Shown: positions 58,205 through 64,000 of the stretch, one piece after another
Layout of the letters: every line of letters starts with the position of its first letter
How positions within the stretch are numbered: position 1 is the first letter of the stretch
From: an uncultured Acidimicrobiales bacterium
Lineage (GTDB): Bacteria > Actinomycetota > Acidimicrobiia > Acidimicrobiales > Aldehydirespiratoraceae
Reading direction: 5' to 3'
DNA: 64,000 bases
Assembly (NCBI GenBank): GCA_958296055.1
Contig: CATQHS010000001.1
Coordinates: 3,124,277-3,188,276, forward strand
The notes under the pieces: generated by a model
What the model saw: the letters and a program-made list of their open reading frames with translations, nothing else
What the model was told of the DNA's origin: nothing
Database searches by the model: none
Made by a program: the position numbers and the translations under genes

Positions 58205-58503
58205 GGCCCCGGGCCCCGACCGGGTTCGCCGACTCGGCGGGCGGTGCGGACGGCCTGCCATTCGGCCATGGCCCGCAGGGCCAGCACGGCCACCACGGCC
58301 ACCCCCACCGCGGCCGCCACCGCGCCGGCCAGCCCGACCACCCCGGCCCGGGCCGCGCAGCCCTCTTCGCACCCCAAGTCGGTGACGGCGAAGCCGATGA
58401 GACCGCCGCAGGCGCCGGCGGCCACGATGGCGACCAAGGCCAGCGCCCTGGCCGTCCGGGAGGGGACGGCCGCAGGCGCGGAGGTGGCGGACGGGTCGGG
58501 CAC
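58201..58503 (-). CDS. small two-TM membrane protein, translationally coupled to mtrA
   Basis: 100 aa. Two Ala/Val-rich hydrophobic segments flank a CEEGC motif. Its stop overlaps the mtrA GTG (GTGA). Confidence 0.5.
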   Translation of the reverse strand: MPDPSATSAPAAVPSRTARALALVAIVAAGACGGLIGFAVTDLGCEEGCAARAGVVGLAGAVAAAVGVAVVAVLALRAMAEWQAVRTARRVGEPGRGPGP

Positions 58504-58521
58504 CGGACGCGAAGTCTACCG

Positions 58522-59823
58522 TTGGGCCCGGTGAGGATCAGCGGCCGCCCCCCGGACGGCGCGGTGGGGTTCGTACACGTCGACATGGACGCCTTCTTCG
58601 CGTCCGTGGAGATCCGCCGCCATCCCGAGCTGCGGGGCCGGCCGGTGGTGGTGGGGGGCGCAGGACGACGGGGGGTGGTGGCCGCGGCCAGCTACGAGGC
58701 CCGGGCCTTCGGCGTTCACTCGGCCATGCCCTCCGCCCGGGCCCGCCGGCTCTGCCCCCATGCCGTGTTCCTGCCCGGCGACCGCCGCTGCTACAGCGAG
58801 GTCTCGGCCCGGGTGATGGCCATTTTCGAGGAGGTGACGCCGCTGGTGGAGCCCCTGTCCCTCGACGAGGCGTTCCTCGACGTGCGGGGGGCGATCCGGA
58901 CGCTCGGGCCCGCCGATCGGATCGCCGCCTCCATCCGGGAGCGCGTCCTCGATCAGGAAGGGCTCACCTGTTCGGTGGGGGTGGCCTCCAACAAGCTGCT
59001 GGCCAAGCTGGCCACGGAGCGGGCCAAGCCCCGGTCCAGCCCGGAGGGCCCCGTCTTCGGCTCCGGCGTCCACATGATCGCCGCCGGGGCCGAGCTTGAC
59101 TTTCTGAACCCGCTGCCCGTCGCCGCTTTGTGGGGCGTGGGCCCGGCCACGGCCCGGCGGCTGGCCGGCATGGGCGTCGAGACCGTCGGCGACCTGGCCT
59201 CGCTGCCGGCCGGCCGGGTGGCCTCGGCGCTGGGGGCGGCCAACGGCCGCAAGCTGCACCGTCTGGCCCGGGGCATCGACGACAGCCCGGTGGCGGTGGA
59301 CCGCCGCCCCAAGTCGATCGGCCATGAGGAGACCTACCCCCGCGACCTGACTACCCCCGCCGAGCTCGGCTTGGAACTGACCAGGCTGGCCGACGCGGTG
59401 GCCTCCCGGCTGCGGGACGCCGGGGTGAGGGCCCGCACCGTCAACATCAAGGTTCGGTTCGGCGACTTCACCACGCTCACCCGGTCGGTCACGCTGCCCC
59501 ACCCGGTGGACGGCACCCGGGCGGTGGCGTCGGCCGCCGCCGGCCTGCTCGACCAAATCGACCCGGCGCCCGGTGTGCGGCTGCTGGGGATCAGCGGCAG
59601 CGGGCTGGCCGACGGGTCCGTCCGGCAGCTCAGCCTGATCGACGCCGAGGCCTCCTTGCCGGACCGACCCGACCGACTGGACCAGATCGATCCGGTGGTG
59701 GACGAGATCCGGGCCCGGTTCGGAACATCGTCGATAGGCCCGGCTTCGCTGGCCCGCCCCGGCGATCCGCTCCGGGTCCGGGACGACGGCCAGAACCGGC
59801 CCTGGGGCCCCGACGCCGATTGA
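58522..59823 (+). CDS. dinB: DNA polymerase IV
   Basis: VHVDMDAFFASVE, SLDEAFLDV, SVGVASNKLLAKLA. GTG 58531 is an alternative start. Confidence 0.9.
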   Translation: MGPVRISGRPPDGAVGFVHVDMDAFFASVEIRRHPELRGRPVVVGGAGRRGVVAAASYEARAFGVHSAMPSARARRLCPHAVFLPGDRRCYSEVSARVMAIFEEVTPLVEPLSLDEAFLDVRGAIRTLGPADRIAASIRERVLDQEGLTCSVGVASNKLLAKLATERAKPRSSPEGPVFGSGVHMIAAGAELDFLNPLPVAALWGVGPATARRLAGMGVETVGDLASLPAGRVASALGAANGRKLHRLARGIDDSPVAVDRRPKSIGHEETYPRDLTTPAELGLELTRLADAVASRLRDAGVRARTVNIKVRFGDFTTLTRSVTLPHPVDGTRAVASAAAGLLDQIDPAPGVRLLGISGSGLADGSVRQLSLIDAEASLPDRPDRLDQIDPVVDEIRARFGTSSIGPASLARPGDPLRVRDDGQNRPWGPDAD

Positions 59824-59920
59824 GGCGCTGAGGCCGGTAGGTCTTGCCTGGCGGCTCTGGCTGAGGAACACTGGACGGGTCGGGCTCTGGCTCCGGTAGG
59901 ATGACGGATGGAGGTGCATC

Positions 59921-60307
59921 GTGCCGCTTTCCGAGGACGAGCAGCGAATCCTCAGCGAGATTGAGTCGCATCTCTACGAGAGCGACCCCCGGCTGGCCCG
60001 CGAGGTGGCGGAGACCACCGTGTACCGCCACGCCTTCCGCAACATCAAGTGGGCGAGCCTGGGTTTCGTGGCCGGGGTGGCGCTGATGGTCCTGCTGCTG
60101 TCCACGTCGTATCTGCTGTCCTTCGGCGGGTTCCTGCTCATGCTCATCTCTTTGCTGTTCTTGGAGCACAACGCCCGCAAGCTGGGCAAGGCGGGCCTCG
60201 AGCAGATGACCCAGACCATGCGGGGCGGCGGTCTGCGAGACGTGGTGGGGGGCGCCGGGGCCAAGATGCGGGACCGTTTCGGCCGCCCCGACAACCGCGA
60301 CAACTGA
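59921..60307 (+). CDS. DUF3040 family membrane protein
   Basis: MPLSEDEQRILSEIESHLYESDPRLA followed by two TM segments. Confidence 0.8.
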   Translation: MPLSEDEQRILSEIESHLYESDPRLAREVAETTVYRHAFRNIKWASLGFVAGVALMVLLLSTSYLLSFGGFLLMLISLLFLEHNARKLGKAGLEQMTQTMRGGGLRDVVGGAGAKMRDRFGRPDNRDN

Positions 60308-60385
60308 GCGTCCCACCGCCTCGGGCCCGCCGAGGGCTGGGCCTTCAGGCTTCCACGAATGGCTGACCGGCTGTGATCTCCGCCG

Positions 60386-61372
60386 CTAGGTGTCAGTTCG
60401 CGTGAGGTTGTTAGCGCGTGATGCGGGTGGGCCGCCGACTGCGGTGTGGTGTCGGTGGCAGTTGTAGTCGTGGATCCAGCGTTTGAGGCGGATGCGGCGG
60501 TCGGTTTCGGATCGGAAGCGCCGGATGTAGAGGAATTCGTCGGCGAGGGTGCGGTTGAAGCGTTCGGCTTTGCCGTCAGTCGGGGCCGGTAGGGGCGGGT
60601 GCGCAGGTGGGTGATGCGGCGTTGGGCGAGCAGCCCGGCGAAGAGCCCGGAGCAGAAGTTGGCCCCGTTGTCGGTCATCACCGCGTCCACGGCCATGTCG
60701 TTGGCCCAGAACCAGTCTTGGGCTCTGGTCCAGAACCCGGCCAGGGTGGCGGCGGTCTCGTTGTCGAGGGCCTCGACGTAGGCGACCCTGGAGTAGTCGT
60801 CGACGGCGACGTGCAGGTAGGTGTACCCGCCGCGGCGGGGGCCGCGGGAGCGGCGGGCCCGGGGGCTTTGGCGGCCGTGTGCACTCCAACCCCCGCCCGG
60901 CGGGATCTTCGCGACTTTTTTGATGTCGAGGCGCCAGTTCCCCCGGCGCCGATCTCTCGTAGCGGCGGATCACCCGCCCGGTCGGGCGGTCGATGACGTC
61001 CAGCCGGTTCAGCCCGTGGCGGCGAAGGACCCGCCACACCGTCGAAGCCGCCACCCCGGTGCGCGCCGACAAGTACACCGGGCCCCGCTTCGTGCTGCGC
61101 CGCAGCCGGCAGATCCGCTCCTCGGTCTTCGCGTCGGTGCGCCGAGGAGACCGGCGCGGCCGCGAGCTGCGGTCCACCAGCCCGCAATCGCCGTGCTCGA
61201 GCCAACGGCCCCACCACTTCGCGACCGTGCCCCGCGACAGCTTCATCTGGCGGGCCACCTCCGCCTGGGGCTCCCCCGCAGCCACCCGCTGGACCAGCAG
61301 CAGTGAGCTTCGACGGGCACCCTCGGCGAGGGCCCCTCTGGTGGTGGACCTTGCGGCTACCCCAAAGTCCAC
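60386..61372 (-). pseudogene. IS481 transposase with two frameshifts
   Basis: The N-terminus (to ...RYERSAPGEL) and C-terminus (TDGKAERFNRTLADEFLY...YNCHRHHTAVGG) are in one frame. The DDE middle (WRLDIKKVAKIPPGGGW...GYTYLHVAVDDYSRVAYVEAL...AVMTDNGANFCS...RPYRP) is in another. Shifts lie near 60935 and 60595. Confidence 0.7.
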
Positions 61373-61388
61373 CGCTCAACTGGGACAC
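60390..61388 (-). mobile_element. IS481-family insertion sequence relic (about 1 kb)
   Basis: Imperfect terminal inverted repeats: gtgtcagttcgcg at 60390, and the reverse complement of ccgctcaactgggacac ending at 61388. Transposase HTH N-terminus, DDE core and C-terminal YN.HR.H.A motifs are present. Confidence 0.7.
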
Positions 61389-61446
61389 TGCCGCCCGACC
61401 CGGTGGCTGTTTACACCGCGGAGTATGTCTTTGACAACCAAAAGAC

Positions 61447-61475
61447 TTGACTTTATCTGTCATCACGAGTATCAT
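61447..61475 (+). promoter_or_regulatory. sigma-70-like promoter candidate for the Type III R-M operon
   Basis: TTGACT, a 17-nt spacer, then TATCAT, located 46 nt upstream of the mod ATG. GAGG lies 5-6 nt upstream of the ATG. Confidence 0.4.
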
Positions 61476-61520
61476 CACCACGTGATAACTAATCTACCAG
61501 AGTCATGCAAATGAGGTTCA

Positions 61521-63236
61521 ATGTCCACGTTACATTTTAAGGGTAAGACCCTCGTGGAGAATCTTCACCTCGGTGTGCCCTACCATGAGCTTGTTCCTGT
61601 GCGCGGTAAAGGACTAAGTAAGAAAGCGAGCCTTGATGATAATCTTATCGTTAGTGGCGACAATTTGCTGGGGTTGAAGGCCCTGTTACCAACTTATCAT
61701 GGCAAGGTCAAGTGCATTTACATTGATCCTCCTTACAATATTGGAACAGAGAATTGGCGCTATAACGACCGCGTCAACTCGCCTATGATGCAGGAATGGC
61801 TGGGTAAGGTCGTTGATCGTGAAGATCTTACACGGCACGACAAATGGTGCTGCATGATTCTGCCCAGATTGAAATTGCTGCGTGAGTTGCTACGGGACGA
61901 CGGCGCAATTCTTGTCTCAATTGATGATAATGAAGTTCATAGGCTCCGCTGCATAATGGACGAAGTCTTCGGAGAAGATAACTTTTTAGGATCTTTTGTT
62001 TGGGAAGGGACCGTAAAGAACGACGCACATTTTATTTCCGTAGGCCATGACTACGTGCTTTGCTACGCTAAGCGAATTGAATCGCTGAGGGCTAACCGAA
62101 CTAGGTGGAGAGTGTTCAAGGAAGGAGTCGACGAAGTACAGCGGATGGTAGAGGAATTCTTAGAGAATCGACAGAATGATTTTGAGGCGGCGTCTCAGGA
62201 TTTACGGGACTGGTTCTCTTCAATAGGTAAGAGTCACAAGGCATTCGCACACCGCCATTATAAATGCATTGATTCTAAGGGGGTATATTTTCCGGGGGAT
62301 ATATCATGGCCAGGTGGCGGAGGACCAACCTATGAGGTGTTACATCCAGATACCGGCCGACCTGTCAAAGTACCTGCTGGAGGGTGGAGGTTTACCAATC
62401 AAGAAACTATGCAGCAAGCTATCTTGGAGGGAAGAATTCACTTCGGGTCAGATGAGACTCGCGTGCCCAACCTTAAAAGATACCTAGCTGACACCGATCA
62501 CCAAGTTCTTACCAGTGTGTTCTACTGTGATCGTAGAGCGGCACATAAAGATCTTGTCCGCATACTTCCTGATGATGACTTTGAGTATCCTAAAGATGAA
62601 GGTGTCATTCGCCGCCTACTTGAAGCCGTTACGTCAGATGATGATATCATTTTAGATTCATTTGCAGGCACGGGTACAACCGCTCACGCGGTATTAGCTC
62701 TCAATAAACAGGACGGAGGTAATCGACGGTTCATATTGATTGAATGCGAAAATTATGTTGACTCTGGCACAGCCGAACGAGTGCGCCGGGTGATTAAAGG
62801 TGTGCCTTCGGCTAGAGATGAATCTCTAAAAGCGGGACTTGGTGGTACGTTCAGTTATTTTGAGTTGGGTAATCCGTTGCAGAGAGAGTCTTTGCTTTGT
62901 GATAGAGATCTGCCGAGTTATGAGAGGTTGGCTAGTTACATCTTTTTCACGGCAACCGGTCAAGAGTTTGAACCGGATAAAGTAGATGAAAACCGATGGT
63001 TTATTGGTAACACTCCACAAGTAGATGTTTTCCTCATCTATTCAAGCGATGTTGAGAAACTTCAAGATTTGGCTCTGGTTAAGAGTATTGCTCAAGAACT
63101 GACTGGCTCGAAGCGTAGGAAACTCGTGTTCGCTCCAGCCAAGTATGTTGACTCGGAGTTTCTAGGTAGACACAGTATTTCGTTTCAACAGTTGCCTTTC
63201 GAAATTTACGAAACTGTTGATGGGTTGAACCAGTGA
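61521..63236 (+). CDS. mod: Type III restriction-modification system DNA methyltransferase (Mod, beta-class N6-adenine/N4-cytosine)
   Basis: 571 aa. Catalytic motif IV IYIDPPYNIG precedes AdoMet motif I DSFAGTGTTAHAV. AT-rich coding sequence. Confidence 0.85.
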   Translation: MSTLHFKGKTLVENLHLGVPYHELVPVRGKGLSKKASLDDNLIVSGDNLLGLKALLPTYHGKVKCIYIDPPYNIGTENWRYNDRVNSPMMQEWLGKVVDREDLTRHDKWCCMILPRLKLLRELLRDDGAILVSIDDNEVHRLRCIMDEVFGEDNFLGSFVWEGTVKNDAHFISVGHDYVLCYAKRIESLRANRTRWRVFKEGVDEVQRMVEEFLENRQNDFEAASQDLRDWFSSIGKSHKAFAHRHYKCIDSKGVYFPGDISWPGGGGPTYEVLHPDTGRPVKVPAGGWRFTNQETMQQAILEGRIHFGSDETRVPNLKRYLADTDHQVLTSVFYCDRRAAHKDLVRILPDDDFEYPKDEGVIRRLLEAVTSDDDIILDSFAGTGTTAHAVLALNKQDGGNRRFILIECENYVDSGTAERVRRVIKGVPSARDESLKAGLGGTFSYFELGNPLQRESLLCDRDLPSYERLASYIFFTATGQEFEPDKVDENRWFIGNTPQVDVFLIYSSDVEKLQDLALVKSIAQELTGSKRRKLVFAPAKYVDSEFLGRHSISFQQLPFEIYETVDGLNQ

Positions 63237-64000
63237 TCCTTAAAGAGTATCAAGAGCTTGCGCTTAAGCGCGTACGAGAGTTTCTTATACAGATGGCTAG
63301 TATGCGAGAAAAAGCCGCCAGGATCGTTGAACTAGATCCCGACCTTGCCTTAGATCCAGAAATGGCTATTGATTGGGTGCGCGGAACTTGGAAAAAGATT
63401 GCGCCCAGTCGTTCTTATTCATCGCGACAGAATGGTTTAGGCGAGCCCCTGCCTTCATTTTGCCTCAAAATACCCACCGGGGGAGGTAAGACGCTGTTGG
63501 CAACCAAGGTTGTTAATCTCGTCAATCATCACTACCGGCGACAGAATACAGGTTTAGTATTATGGATAGTACCAACTACTCAAATATATGACCAAACACT
63601 GAGAGCGCTGAAAGATCGGGATCATCCTTATCGGCAACAACTAGATATGGCATCAGGTGGACGTACACTTGTGCTAGAAAAAACCCATCGTTTCACCGTT
63701 CAAGATATAGAGGAACGGCTTTGTGTGTTGATGCTTATGCTTCCGTCAGCCAATAGACAGACCAAGGATAGTTTGCGGATCTTCCGGGACAGCGGCGGAT
63801 TCGACTGTTTCTTCCCTAGTGAAGATGATCTAGATGCTCACGAAAAGTTGTTGCAGCGAGTGCGAAATCTTGATACTTTTGAGACTATCGGCAGATTTGG
63901 AGCAAGACAGGTGAAATCGTCGCTCGGCAACACCCTCCGACTTTTGCGTCCACTTATTATCCTTGACGAAGGACACAAGGCTTATAGTGAGGGAGCGAAA
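63233..64000 (+). CDS. res: Type III restriction enzyme Res subunit (SF2 helicase-nuclease), 5' part only
   Basis: My translation from GTG 63233 (GTGA overlap with mod) gives helicase motif I LKIPTGGGKTLLA and motif II IILDEGHKAY at the window edge. Confidence 0.8.
   Translation, partial: MILKEYQELALKRVREFLIQMASMREKAARIVELDPDLALDPEMAIDWVRGTWKKIAPSRSYSSRQNGLGEPLPSFCLKIPTGGGKTLLATKVVNLVNHHYRRQNTGLVLWIVPTTQIYDQTLRALKDRDHPYRQQLDMASGGRTLVLEKTHRFTVQDIEERLCVLMLMLPSANRQTKDSLRIFRDSGGFDCFFPSEDDLDAHEKLLQRVRNLDTFETIGRFGARQVKSSLGNTLRLLRPLIILDEGHKAYSEGAK

Noticed and set aside
60386-61372. Continuous 328-aa ORF taken as an intact IS481 transposase
   Set aside because: The middle third of that ORF (Pro/Arg-rich) is not transposase-like. 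The DDE-domain sequence is readable only in a different frame, so the open frame is coincidental and the gene is frameshifted.

Overview
High-GC (about 70% by eye) actinobacterial-type chromosomal segment, densely packed and mostly housekeeping. Core genes: dinG (5' part), uppS, recO, glyQS, dnaG plus a sigma-70 factor, tRNA-Asn/Met/Val, rnpB, trpD, queG, a GT4 glycosyltransferase, a ROK glucokinase, an mtrA-mtrB-lpqB-like operon and dinB. Also present are a 2-oxoacid dehydrogenase pair (fused E1 alpha/beta plus E2), a Liv-type ABC importer, and a long run of oxidoreductase, VOC and acyl-CoA genes (29.3-47.5 kb). Accessory or odd patches sit on top of this core. (1) A sulfation-related gene set at 6.4-16.7 kb: an AT-richer PAPS-type sulfotransferase between two tRNAs, a fused ATP sulfurylase/APS kinase, a secreted SLH-anchored arylsulfotransferase-like protein with a G13 tract and duplicated start region, a decayed second copy of it, and an IMPase/CysQ-family gene. 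(2) A 1.4-kb AT-rich relic of an integrated element in the 3' end of livF, bounded by 204-bp direct repeats. (3) A 576-bp cassette bounded by 37-39 bp inverted repeats that exactly fills a convergent intergenic gap. (4) A frameshifted IS481 relic followed by an AT-rich Type III restriction-modification operon that runs off the right edge. A recurring oddity is short tandem duplications straddling start and stop codons; three of them create upstream mini-ORFs that copy the N-terminus of the downstream protein. No CRISPR array or rRNA was seen. Product calls rest on motifs I recognise in the translations; no database search was possible. Most long ORFs in the track are antisense or off-frame artefacts of high GC.
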